From an uncultured Candidatus Saccharimonadales bacterium (GTDB taxonomy: Bacteria; Patescibacteriota; Saccharimonadia; UBA4664): 64,000 nt of DNA. This document shows, piece after piece, positions 31,702-40,682 of the stretch. A model generated the notes under the pieces. That model was not told where the DNA came from. It did no database searches and saw nothing but the letters and a program-made list of their open reading frames with translations. The position numbers were made by a program, and so were the translations under genes. The stretch covers positions 12,270 through 76,269 of the forward strand of contig CAZDGK010000001.1 of assembly GCA_964505035.1 (NCBI GenBank), in the 5' to 3' direction. Within the stretch, counting starts at the first letter, position 1; every line of letters starts with the position of its first letter.

Positions 31702-32547
31702 GTGGCTGCCCAGGTTGATGTTTCGGCCTCGTCACCGCAGATGCTCCCGGTCAGTCAGCATCTGCGCGAGCTCCGGCGGCGGCTCAGCTATCCGGCCGGC
31801 GTGGTGCTGCTGGGCGCAGGCCTCGCCTACATCTGGCGGCAACCGCTCATCGAGCTAATGCGCCGGCCGCTTGGCCAGCCGTTGTTTTATACCTCGCCCA
31901 CCGCCGGCTTCAATTTCGTCATGGAGCTCTGCCTGCTCGCCGGCTTTCTGCTGGCTCTGCCGGTGCTCTGCTACCAGCTGGTGCGTTTCATCGAGCCAGT
32001 GTTTACGCAGCGTCTACGTGGCCGCGATATCGTACGGCTCATCAGTACCTCATCTGTCCTCGTCCTAGCCGGTGTCGCCTTTGGCTACTATCTCAGCCTG
32101 CCAGCCGCCCTGCGCTTCTTCACGCTCGTCGGCAGCAACGACCTGCGGCCGCTCATCTCGGCCGATCAGTATCTGCGCTTCCTCCTCAGCCACCTCGCCA
32201 TCTTTGCTGCCGCCTTCCAGCTACCCCTGCTACTGCTCGTAATCAATCGCTTCACGCCCCTCGACCCGCGCCGCCTCGGCCGGGCCCGCCGCTACGTCAT
32301 CGTCGGTGCCTTCGCTCTGGCTCTCATCGTGCCCTGGGCGCCCGACCCTTTGAGCCAGCTCATCCTAGCCCTGCCGATCATCGCGCTCTACGAGCTGTCG
32401 ATACTGCTGGTGCGGCTATCCAACCGCCACCGCCTGACCGATCTGCCACCGCCACCAGTCATCCCGCGGCTCAAACCCGCCGTCCCCAAACCGCCACAAC
32501 CGCCGGCCAAACGCCGGACAGGTCCCGTCAACCTGCGCGACCGTTAG
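31702..32547 (+). CDS. tatC: Twin-arginine translocase TatC
   Basis: HLRELRRRL, YQL..FI.P, FQLP, RRY, PDP.SQ..LA.P...LYE. Confidence 0.95.
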   Translation: MAAQVDVSASSPQMLPVSQHLRELRRRLSYPAGVVLLGAGLAYIWRQPLIELMRRPLGQPLFYTSPTAGFNFVMELCLLAGFLLALPVLCYQLVRFIEPVFTQRLRGRDIVRLISTSSVLVLAGVAFGYYLSLPAALRFFTLVGSNDLRPLISADQYLRFLLSHLAIFAAAFQLPLLLLVINRFTPLDPRRLGRARRYVIVGAFALALIVPWAPDPLSQLILALPIIALYELSILLVRLSNRHRLTDLPPPPVIPRLKPAVPKPPQPPAKRRTGPVNLRDR

Positions 32548-34388
32548 CTAATAGGGAAGGTCAGCGTTACCGTCGACCCCTGCCCAAGCTGCGAAGCAAT
32601 CGCAATCTCGCCGCCCACATAGTGCATAATCAGCCGGTCAATATAGAGGCTCAGCCCCGCCCCTTCGTGATTAAACGTCAACGCCCCTTCAGCCTTATAA
32701 AACGGCTGGAAAAGCTGTGATAGCTGGTCTGGCGCGATCCCTTTGCCATGGTCACGCACCGTGATGCTAGCCGGCTGTCGCAGATCGCCGGCATTAGCCG
32801 CAATTTCTACCCGGCTCGGTCCCGTGCTATACGCCACCGCGTTGTCGAGCACCGATGCCACCACCTGCGACACCCAGTCGGCGTGCCGGCAGCGCAAGCT
32901 CAGCTCCGGCGGACCATCCAGCGTCACATTGCGGGCATCCGCCGCCGGCTGCAAGGCAGCCTTGGCCGGCCCCACCAGCGCAGACACCGCCACCGTCTGC
33001 AGAGGCGCCTCACTCTGACCAGCCTGCAGCCGGCCAGCTACCTCACAGCACGCCACCAGCCGCCGGTAGCGGTCATAGCCGTCATGGATCGCTTTGCCAC
33101 CGGGTTGATCGGCCGCTAGGTGCGGCAGCAGCTTAGCCAAGCCCTCTAGGCTATGGCCCATCTGCACAGCCACTTCCGCAATCAACTCCGAGCGAGCCTT
33201 GTCGACCACCCGCTGGTGCTCCGTGACCTGCCCACGCATCTGCCGCTGCCACCCCCGCAAGCGCCGGCCTCGCAGCAGCACATACAGCCCCACGGCCAAA
33301 CCGGCCAGCACCGCCCACTGCACCAGCATGTTGACCGTGCCCACGTCCACCTGGCCGACTGCCATCACCAGGAAGTTAAATGACGACGTCGCCACCACCA
33401 GCAGTCCAATTGGCAACCAAAAGCCCCACTGGGTCCAGACTCGCGCCGGCGGCATGATGGCATCCGGTGGCGGCACCGCAGCCAGCAGCGGGCTGGCATC
33501 TAGTCGTTTGAGCAGGCCAGTCGCCGCCAGATTGACCGTCTCGACCGCCACCGCCAGTCGGCTAGTGGCATCAGGCGGCAGCTCCGGCTTAAACTTGAGG
33601 CTATCCACTCCTGCCTGCAGCAGCGTCAACGGCGTGCGCAAATAGTGCGATACCAGCTGCAGCAAGGTGGTTTTCTCGTCGGTAATCACCCGCTCATGCT
33701 CCAGCAACCGCTGTTGCTCCAGATTGCGTGCCGCCTCCTGCTGCGCCTGCCACACCAGCACCAGCAATATGCCACCCAGCAGCGCAAAAAGCAGATAGGG
33801 GAAGCCGCGCACTACTGGCAGCGGCACTTGGGCAATGATGCGCTGCAGCTGAGCCGCCACCGCTGGCGTCAGCAGCCCAAACAGCGTCCCGGCTGTCGCC
33901 GCGGCCGCCTGCACCGACACCGTAAAGTCAGTCGTAGTCACATCGGCGCCTTGCCGCACCAACACCCGCACGTGCTTACCTGGCCGCTGATCGGTCGGCC
34001 AGTCCCACCGGGCCGTGCCATCGGCATCAGGCTTCACTGAAGCCACCAATTGGCCGTCTATATAGAAGTCCACACTATCAAAGCTCTGTCCTTGGCCATT
34101 GAGCGGCGTGACGGTCACCACATAGTGCGGCCGCGGCAACACCTGCCCGTTATGCAGATTAATGGCGTACTGCAGGCCGCTCGGCGCCGTCACCACGGTC
34201 GACTCGACCGGCGTCGAAGTCGGCGACGTCGCGGGACTCACGCTCGGCGACACACACGCCGTATCGCAGCCATTGTATGGCCCGTCGCCATACGGCCCCA
34301 CACCATAGGCCGTCGCCGCAGCAACCACCGGGGCCAATAGCCACAGCAACCCCAGCCCCAAACCCACTGCCTGCCATACCCGCCTCAC
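32544..34388 (-). CDS. Atypical sensor histidine kinase with YGxxxYG N-terminus and Ig-like domain
   Basis: Signal peptide, AYGVGPYGDGPYNG, Ig-like 'VDFYIDGQLV', TM, SHYLRTPL, two more TMs, then HATPase (NAVAYS, DHGKG, GAGLSL). Start GTG 34388 inferred. Confidence 0.85.
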   Translation of the reverse strand: MRRVWQAVGLGLGLLWLLAPVVAAATAYGVGPYGDGPYNGCDTACVSPSVSPATSPTSTPVESTVVTAPSGLQYAINLHNGQVLPRPHYVVTVTPLNGQGQSFDSVDFYIDGQLVASVKPDADGTARWDWPTDQRPGKHVRVLVRQGADVTTTDFTVSVQAAAATAGTLFGLLTPAVAAQLQRIIAQVPLPVVRGFPYLLFALLGGILLVLVWQAQQEAARNLEQQRLLEHERVITDEKTTLLQLVSHYLRTPLTLLQAGVDSLKFKPELPPDATSRLAVAVETVNLAATGLLKRLDASPLLAAVPPPDAIMPPARVWTQWGFWLPIGLLVVATSSFNFLVMAVGQVDVGTVNMLVQWAVLAGLAVGLYVLLRGRRLRGWQRQMRGQVTEHQRVVDKARSELIAEVAVQMGHSLEGLAKLLPHLAADQPGGKAIHDGYDRYRRLVACCEVAGRLQAGQSEAPLQTVAVSALVGPAKAALQPAADARNVTLDGPPELSLRCRHADWVSQVVASVLDNAVAYSTGPSRVEIAANAGDLRQPASITVRDHGKGIAPDQLSQLFQPFYKAEGALTFNHEGAGLSLYIDRLIMHYVGGEIAIASQLGQGSTVTLTFPIS

Positions 34389-34483
34389 GTACCGACTCTC
34401 GCCCTGCTTATGCTTCTCATCATACCGCACCTTGTCCAAACATAACTGGTTTGATACACTGACCCCAACAGCCAGGAGTGGAT

Positions 34484-34681
34484 ATGGTCAAACAACGCGT
34501 CGAGCAAGTGCTCGCCCAAGAAGTCACCCGCCGCCAGTTCCTGGTACACGCCGGTCTAGCGCTCCTGGCCGTCGTGGGCCTACCGGCCCTGCTGCGCGCC
34601 CTGGAGGTCGGCGGGCGGCACCCTGATGGCGCCGGGGGATATGGCGGCTCATCCTATGGCGGCCAGGCCAACAAGCCATAA
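34484..34681 (+). CDS. Twin-arginine signal micro-protein with C-terminal GYGGSSYGG
   Basis: TRRQFL matches the S/T-R-R-x-F-L consensus, then an h-region and a short polar tail. AGGAG SD. Confidence 0.8.
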   Translation: MVKQRVEQVLAQEVTRRQFLVHAGLALLAVVGLPALLRALEVGGRHPDGAGGYGGSSYGGQANKP

Positions 34682-34756
34682 TGGTTCTATTATTGACTTA
34701 CACCTGGTTTTCAGGCATATTATTGACAAAGCCGACGGCTTTTTAAATTTGTCGCT

Positions 34757-34945
34757 ATGAAACCACTCATCGAATACCTCACCGCCAGCCGGGCCGAGTT
34801 AGCCAAAGTAGCCTGGCCCAGCCGCCGCCAAACCGCCCGGCTAACGTTCCTCGTGATCGGGTTCTCGCTCGTATTCGCCGCCGCCCTCGGTTTACTCGAC
34901 TTCGCTTTCTCAGAGTTGCTCCGCCGCGTAATTATTAAGGGATAA
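34757..34945 (+). CDS. secE: Preprotein translocase SecE
   Basis: EL.KV.WPSR motif; upstream of nusG. Confidence 0.95.
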   Translation: MKPLIEYLTASRAELAKVAWPSRRQTARLTFLVIGFSLVFAAALGLLDFAFSELLRRVIIKG

Positions 34946-34947
34946 CT

Positions 34948-35490
34948 ATGTCCGAATCTGCCAAGACTAAGCACCACTGGTACGTCATTCACACCTACTC
35001 CGGCTACGAAGACCGCGTCGCCGAAAACCTGCGTCAGCGCATCGAGACCATGCACATGCAGGACAAAATCTTTGACGTCATCGTGCCCAAAGAAAACCAG
35101 ATCGAGATCAAAAACGGCCGCCGGCGCATCGTCGAGCGCCGCATCTTCCCCGGCTACGTCCTGGTGCAGATGGATGTTACCGAAGACTCTTGGTATGTCG
35201 TGCGTAACACTCCCAATGTCACCGGCTTCGTCGGATCCGGCACGACACCTACCGCCGTCAGCGAGGATGAGGTCCGCCACATCCAGAAGCGCATGGGCGT
35301 CGAAGAGCCCAAGTTTAAGATCGACTTTAGCGTTGGCGAAGCCGTCAACATCACCGACGGTCCCTTCAAGGGCTTCGACGGCATGGTCAATGAGATTGAC
35401 GAGAACAAGGGCAAGATCAAGGTCCTCGTCAACATGTTTGGCCGCGAAACGCCAGTCGAGCTCGACAGCCTCCAGGTCAAGAAGATCTAA
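34948..35490 (+). CDS. nusG: Transcription termination/antitermination factor NusG
   Basis: WYVIHTYSGYE, FPGYVLV.M, KOW, FGRETPVEL. Confidence 0.99.
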   Translation: MSESAKTKHHWYVIHTYSGYEDRVAENLRQRIETMHMQDKIFDVIVPKENQIEIKNGRRRIVERRIFPGYVLVQMDVTEDSWYVVRNTPNVTGFVGSGTTPTAVSEDEVRHIQKRMGVEEPKFKIDFSVGEAVNITDGPFKGFDGMVNEIDENKGKIKVLVNMFGRETPVELDSLQVKKI

Positions 35491-35557
35491 CCGTTCCCGA
35501 TACTGGACTTCACAAACATCACCAAATCTGCTACTATACCGCAGATATTCGTTATAA

Positions 35558-35587
35558 GTGGGAGCCGCGAACCGGCGCTCGTACCAC
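35558..35587 (+). promoter_or_regulatory. Putative L1-binding leader upstream of rplK
   Basis: GTGGGAG...ACCAC stem immediately before the AAGGAG SD. Confidence 0.7.
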
Positions 35588-35600
35588 AAAGGAGTAACTC

Positions 35601-36032
35601 ATGGCAGTCGCCAAACCAGTCAAAGCCAACGTCAAATTCCGCCTCCAGGGCGGCAAAGCCACCCCGGCCCCGCCGGTCGGTTCGATTTTGGGCGCCCAGG
35701 GCGTCAACATGATGGACTTCGTCAACACCTTTAACGACCAAACCAAGGACCTGGGCGACCAGCTACTCAACGTCCGCGTGCGCATCTTTGAAGACCGCAC
35801 GTTCACCTTTACCTACACTGGCGAGACCATGGTCAGCCGCATTCGCAAGGCCTCGGGCCAAGACAAAGGCTCTGGCACTCCCAACAAGACCAAGGTCGGT
35901 AAGCTGACCAAGGCCCAGGTGCAAGAGCTAGCCGAAGCCAAAATGAAGGACATGAACGCTCACGAGCTCGCCGCCGCCATGAAGACCGTGGCCGGCACTG
36001 CCCGCTCCATGGGCATTGAGGTAGTTGATTAA
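35601..36032 (+). CDS. rplK: 50S ribosomal protein L11
   Basis: ATPAPPVG..LG, GTARSMGI. Confidence 0.99.
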   Translation: MAVAKPVKANVKFRLQGGKATPAPPVGSILGAQGVNMMDFVNTFNDQTKDLGDQLLNVRVRIFEDRTFTFTYTGETMVSRIRKASGQDKGSGTPNKTKVGKLTKAQVQELAEAKMKDMNAHELAAAMKTVAGTARSMGIEVVD

Positions 36033-36038
36033 CTAACC

Positions 36039-36076
36039 GTGGGAGGCTCTGCCCAAGCGCAAGCCGCACGCACCAC
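36039..36076 (+). promoter_or_regulatory. Putative L1-binding leader upstream of rplA
   Basis: GTGGGAG...ACCAC stem immediately before AGGAG. Confidence 0.7.
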
Positions 36077-36090
36077 AGGAGATTATTTAC

Positions 36091-37143
36091 ATGGCAACCA
36101 AGAAAAAAGTTGAAGACACCGTCGAAGAGGTCGTTGAAACCCCCGAAGCGACCGAAGCGGTAGAGGTTCTGGACACACCCGTCGAGCTCGTCACCGAAGC
36201 GCCGTCGGCCGACACGAGCAGCGACACCGGCGAGACTAGCGCAGACGAAACTGACGCAGACGAGACCGAAGAGGCCAAGATCGCCAAGGCCGGCAAGCGT
36301 AGCGCCAAGGCTGTCCGCGAGGCCGAAGCCGAAGAGGCCCGCCAGGAGGCCAAGGAGCACCGCGCCGAGACCGAGGCAGCCACCGACGCCGCCCCCAAAG
36401 CAGCCAAGCGCTCCACGCCCAACCCACTTCACCAGCACGGCAAGAAGTACCGCGAGGCCGCCAAGCTTGTCGACCGCACCAAGCAGTACGAGCTAGCCGA
36501 GGCCCTGGAACTTGCCCAGAAGACGAGCACCACCAAGTTTGACAGCTCCGTCGAGCTGCACATCAGCCTCGGTGTTGACCCTCGCCAAGCCGACCAAATG
36601 GTGCGCGCCAGCGTCGTGCTACCGCACGGTACCGGCCGCAGCCTGCGCGTCGCCGTCTTCGCCGATGGCAAGGCCGCCGATGACGCCAAGACCGCCGGCG
36701 CCGATATCGTGGGTACCGACAAACTGCTAGCCGACATCGAGGCCGGCAAGCTAGACTTTGACGTCCTGATCGCCACTCCCGACAAGATGGCCGGTCTCGG
36801 CAAAGTCGCCAAGGTTCTCGGTCCGCGCGGCCTCATGCCTAACCCCAAGTCCGGCACCGTCACCCCCGACGTCGCCAAGGCCGTCACCGAAACCAAGACC
36901 GGCAAGGTTGAGTTCCGTATCGACAAGCAAGCCATTGTGCACATCGCCGTCGGCAAAGTCAGCTTCAAGGCCGCCGATCTGCTCGACAATGCCACCACCC
37001 TCATCAAGGCCGTCCTAAAGGCCAAGCCGGCCGCTGCCAAGGGCACCTACGTGAAAACCATTGCCGTCACCACCTCCATGGGTCCCGGCATCAAAATCGA
37101 CGCTCCCACCACCACCAGCGCTCTGTCTACCAGCAAAAAGTAG
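36091..37143 (+). CDS. rplA: 50S ribosomal protein L1 with long acidic N-terminal extension
   Basis: [26 protein letters not shown]; about 110 extra N-terminal residues. Confidence 0.98.
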   Translation: MATKKKVEDTVEEVVETPEATEAVEVLDTPVELVTEAPSADTSSDTGETSADETDADETEEAKIAKAGKRSAKAVREAEAEEARQEAKEHRAETEAATDAAPKAAKRSTPNPLHQHGKKYREAAKLVDRTKQYELAEALELAQKTSTTKFDSSVELHISLGVDPRQADQMVRASVVLPHGTGRSLRVAVFADGKAADDAKTAGADIVGTDKLLADIEAGKLDFDVLIATPDKMAGLGKVAKVLGPRGLMPNPKSGTVTPDVAKAVTETKTGKVEFRIDKQAIVHIAVGKVSFKAADLLDNATTLIKAVLKAKPAAAKGTYVKTIAVTTSMGPGIKIDAPTTTSALSTSKK

Positions 37144-37187
37144 CCATTTAGCGCGCCATCTCATACAATCTGGGAAAGGGGAATGAG

Positions 37188-37787
37188 ATGGCAATTTCGA
37201 GTGGGATCTTTGGTGATGGCTCCAATTTTGAGCAACGCAACCTCGCCAACTATGAGGTCGTAGCCGAGAGCGTTCAGTTACTGAAGGCTCTCGGGCTCAA
37301 GATTGTCCTCACCGCCGGCTCGTTTGACCTCATTCACGAAGGCCACGCCCAGTATCTGGAGCGCGCCCGTCAGTTTGGCGACCTCCTCATCACTGGCGTC
37401 GACTCCGACGACAAGATCCGCCACCGCAAAGGCCCAGACCGGCCCATCGTGCCGCAGGCCGAGCGTTTGCGCATGTTGACGCATCTGCGCCACGTCGACT
37501 TAGTCGTGCTCAAGCCACTCGAGGCCGAGAAATGGGCGCTCATCAAAGCCGTCCGCCCCGACGTGCTAGTGGCCACCGAGGAGACCTACACCCAAGACCA
37601 GATCACCGAGCTCGAGCGGCTCTATTGTGGCCGCGTCGAAGTCCTTCCGCGCATGGCCACCACGACCACCTCGGCCAGGCTGCGCCTTCTCCAGCTCAAT
37701 CTCGCCGATCGCATGACCAGCCGCCTCGCCAATCAGCTGCCCGACATTGTCCGCCAAGTCATCCGCGACCAAATCGAAGGCCGCTAG
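37188..37787 (+). CDS. Cytidylyl/adenylyltransferase (RfaE domain II/TagD-like)
   Basis: GSFDLIHEGH, GVDSD...KG..RP....ER. Confidence 0.88.
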   Translation: MAISSGIFGDGSNFEQRNLANYEVVAESVQLLKALGLKIVLTAGSFDLIHEGHAQYLERARQFGDLLITGVDSDDKIRHRKGPDRPIVPQAERLRMLTHLRHVDLVVLKPLEAEKWALIKAVRPDVLVATEETYTQDQITELERLYCGRVEVLPRMATTTTSARLRLLQLNLADRMTSRLANQLPDIVRQVIRDQIEGR

Positions 37788-37790
37788 CCC

Positions 37791-38627
37791 ATGTCCAAGC
37801 AGCTGCTTGTCTACATTCCGGTTGTGCACGCCGGCTATATCACCCTGTTCGACCGCCACCTCGATGCCGACGAAGTATTATTAATTGGCCCTGACTTTAC
37901 TCGCGATTGGCCTATACTAGCCAAGGAAATTCGTGCCCTCGAGCCCAAACTTGCCCTCAGTAGTCTCCAGGCCATCTACCCGAGACTGCGGCTGCGCATC
38001 ATCGGACCGGCCGATCTGCCCAGTGCCGTCACCGCCACCACCCTGATCGCGCCAGCGGAGGACCTATTGCGGCATCTCATCAGTCATTATCACCTCGACC
38101 AGGGCCGGGATGTCCAATATGACCCAACCTTCCTACGCTGGGATCGCGACTCCAGCCGTGACGCACGTCCCGTCCAGCTCACCCCAGCCACGCCGCTGTC
38201 CGAACTCGACCAGTCCATGCTCGGTCTGGCCACGGATGCCGCGCGCCGCAGCTCCGACTGGTGGCGCCAAGTCGGCGCCGTCGCCGCCACGCCCACTGGC
38301 CCTCTCGTCGCCCACAATCACCACCTGCCCACGCCGTACGCACCCTACATCAGCGGCGATCCGCGCAACAACTTCCGCCGCGGCGAGTATCTGCAGCTAT
38401 CGACGGCCATTCATGCCGAGGCCGCCATCATCGCCCAGGCCGCCCGCCGGGGCATCAGCCTCCAGCGCACTACCATGTTCGTGACCACCTTTCCGTGCCC
38501 AGCGTGTGCCCGGCTCATCGCCGAGACCGGCATTGCCAAGCTGTATGTAGCCGACGCCTACAGCCTGCTCGACGGCGCCGATATCCTCGCCACCGCCGGT
38601 GTCGAAATCATTTGGGTCAAGACGTAG
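37791..38627 (+). CDS. dCMP-deaminase-like protein with extra N-terminal domain
   Basis: S.D..RQVGA, HAE and FPCPAC zinc motifs. Confidence 0.85.
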   Translation: MSKQLLVYIPVVHAGYITLFDRHLDADEVLLIGPDFTRDWPILAKEIRALEPKLALSSLQAIYPRLRLRIIGPADLPSAVTATTLIAPAEDLLRHLISHYHLDQGRDVQYDPTFLRWDRDSSRDARPVQLTPATPLSELDQSMLGLATDAARRSSDWWRQVGAVAATPTGPLVAHNHHLPTPYAPYISGDPRNNFRRGEYLQLSTAIHAEAAIIAQAARRGISLQRTTMFVTTFPCPACARLIAETGIAKLYVADAYSLLDGADILATAGVEIIWVKT

Positions 38628-38629
38628 AA

Positions 38630-38665
38630 AGCCCCTTGTTCTCTGATCGCAAGAACAAGGGGCTT
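38630..38665. terminator. Bidirectional terminator between convergent genes
   Basis: AGCCCCTTGTTCT/AGAACAAGGGGCT inverted repeat. Confidence 0.75.
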
Positions 38666-38669
38666 CGGC

Positions 38670-39125
38670 TCAAGCGGCCGGTCGCCCGGTTAGCTTGACC
38701 TTGATCGGCTCGTGAGCGGGATCATTGGTGTCGCCCACGACCACATGAGCGTGGACGTGGAAGATGGTGCCGGCAGTGTGGGCCGGGTGACCATTGCGAA
38801 CGAAGAAGCCGTAGTGCTCAAACTCAAATCTGAGCCTCAGCACCCTCAGCAGCCACCCCAGCTCCATCCAAGCCTCGGGGCTCAGATCGGCCACATCGGT
38901 GATGTGTTGCTTGGGTAGTAGCAAGAAGTGCAGTCTGGAGCCAGCATAAGGAAATTGGTTGAACGTCACCGCCCAATAATCCGCCTCCTCAATGATTGGC
39001 CCCTCCTGCTCGGCGGCGAGATGCTCCGGGCAAAACATGCAAATACCCGATTCCTCCAGCCGCACCATCTTGGCCCGCTGCTCGTCAGTGCGCGCATTGG
39101 GCAGATAGTAGAGTGGCCTATTCAT
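38670..39125 (-). CDS. HIT family nucleotide hydrolase/transferase
   Basis: CMFC, N.FPY...H.L..PK.H, HVHAHVV. Confidence 0.88.
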   Translation of the reverse strand: MNRPLYYLPNARTDEQRAKMVRLEESGICMFCPEHLAAEQEGPIIEEADYWAVTFNQFPYAGSRLHFLLLPKQHITDVADLSPEAWMELGWLLRVLRLRFEFEHYGFFVRNGHPAHTAGTIFHVHAHVVVGDTNDPAHEPIKVKLTGRPAA

Positions 39126-39672
39126 CCTGCCACGTCCTCGCTCGGTACGACATTCGTTCCCAGTACCGAACTCCGGTCGGAAACTGGTCTCGCTCGTCGT
39201 ACTGCTTGCACGACTCGATGCGCACCAGCCGGAAGCTGCCAAGCCAATCGAGTGGCATAAACGCATCCGCGCCGGCCACCCTTGTCTCAACCACCGTCTG
39301 GTAGATCCGGTCTGTCCGGCCCAGACATTGGCTATAGACCGCCGCGCCGCCGATGACAAATACCTCGTCATCGCCGTTTTCCTGGGCCAGACACTCTGCC
39401 CGGTCCAGAGCCGCTCCAACACTCCCTGCCCACTCGACGCCCTCCAGGGGCGGCCGGTCGGGCTGATGTGTCGCCACCACGCAGGTGCGGCCAGGCAATG
39501 ATTTGCCCAACCGCGCCACGATCGAGGCGTGAGTCCGCGAGCCAACCACCAGCACGTGGCCGGTGGTCAGCTCGCGAAACCGCTTGAGGTCGCTGGGGAT
39601 GTGCCAGGGCAAATCATTGCCCCGGCCAATCGCTCCAGCGCGGTCCGTTGCTACCACCATCGAGATGGTCAT
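39118..39672 (-). CDS. folA: Dihydrofolate reductase
   Basis: IG..N.LPW..PSDL..F...T, LPGR, VIGG..VY, DAF.P. Confidence 0.93.
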   Translation of the reverse strand: MTISMVVATDRAGAIGRGNDLPWHIPSDLKRFRELTTGHVLVVGSRTHASIVARLGKSLPGRTCVVATHQPDRPPLEGVEWAGSVGAALDRAECLAQENGDDEVFVIGGAAVYSQCLGRTDRIYQTVVETRVAGADAFMPLDWLGSFRLVRIESCKQYDERDQFPTGVRYWERMSYRARTWQDE

Positions 39673-40562
39673 GGTAGCACCGGCATGCGCAGACCCGGAT
39701 GCGGGTCGTAGTCGAACAGCTCAAAGTGCTCGGCCCGGAAGTCATGGATGTCCGTGATCTTCTGGCCGGCCACCGTCAGAGCCACCGTCGGCAATCGCCG
39801 CGGCTCGCGATACAGCATGGTACGAACGTACTGCAGCTGGCCGGAGTAGATGTGTGCATCCGAGATGGTGTGATAGTACACGCCCGCCGGAATCCCGGTG
39901 AGCTGCTCCAGCATCAGCAGGAGCGCCGCGTACTGCACCATGTTGGACGGCACGCCGCCCGGCACATCGCCACTGCGCTGGAACATGTGCAAATGCAGCC
40001 GCCCGTTTAGGACGCGCACGTGCACCCAGCCGTGACAGGGCGCGATGGTGGTTTTGGGCGTCTTACCCTTGCCACGCACCTGGTACTGCGGGATCCACGG
40101 ACTCACGAAGTGCGTCCGGTCGTCCGGCAGCTCGCGGATCTGCTCCACCAGGTGCTGGTACTGGTCGAAGGGCGGACCCTCAGCAGTGGGAAAGTATCGA
40201 AACGCCCCACCGTAGAATCCAGGACCCATCGTGCCCGGCGGCAGGCCACGCTTGGCGGTCTTCTCGGGCGTCGCCCAAGGATCCCACCAGTCGCAGCCAA
40301 ATGCCTCCATCTCGTCCAGGCTAGTCGCGCCGTTGATAAACGCGCACAGTTCGCCGATTGGCTTACGCCAGAAGCCGTTGAGGCTCCGATCGGTGATCAT
40401 CGGGAAACCATTGGCCAGCTCGAACTTCATTACCTGCTGCATCAGCGTCAATGCCACTTCACCCTGACGGGTGGGCACCTCTTCGCCAGCGGTCACAATA
40501 TTGTGCAACAGCTGGCGGTATTGGCTGTCCGGCTCGCGCCTTTCGTATGCAAGGTACTTCAC
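39669..40562 (-). CDS. thyA: Thymidylate synthase (divergent ThyA)
   Basis: GFP..T, catalytic APCH, QRSGD...G.P.N...Y, DAHIY. Confidence 0.9.
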   Translation of the reverse strand: MKYLAYERREPDSQYRQLLHNIVTAGEEVPTRQGEVALTLMQQVMKFELANGFPMITDRSLNGFWRKPIGELCAFINGATSLDEMEAFGCDWWDPWATPEKTAKRGLPPGTMGPGFYGGAFRYFPTAEGPPFDQYQHLVEQIRELPDDRTHFVSPWIPQYQVRGKGKTPKTTIAPCHGWVHVRVLNGRLHLHMFQRSGDVPGGVPSNMVQYAALLLMLEQLTGIPAGVYYHTISDAHIYSGQLQYVRTMLYREPRRLPTVALTVAGQKITDIHDFRAEHFELFDYDPHPGLRMPVLP

Positions 40563-40682
40563 TGGACCCCCCTTTCTATCGGTATAAGGGCCAGCCGCCA
40601 CACTGTACCATAGCACCCACAGATCTGCTATACTCCTTGGCAGTCTGCCGCAAGGGCAGCCAGTTCCTAGAAGGGAAGTCCC

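Noticed and set aside
38670-39545. 291-aa HIT ORF from the ORF track
   Set aside because: The N-terminal part overlaps folA in another frame; the plausible start is ATG 39125.
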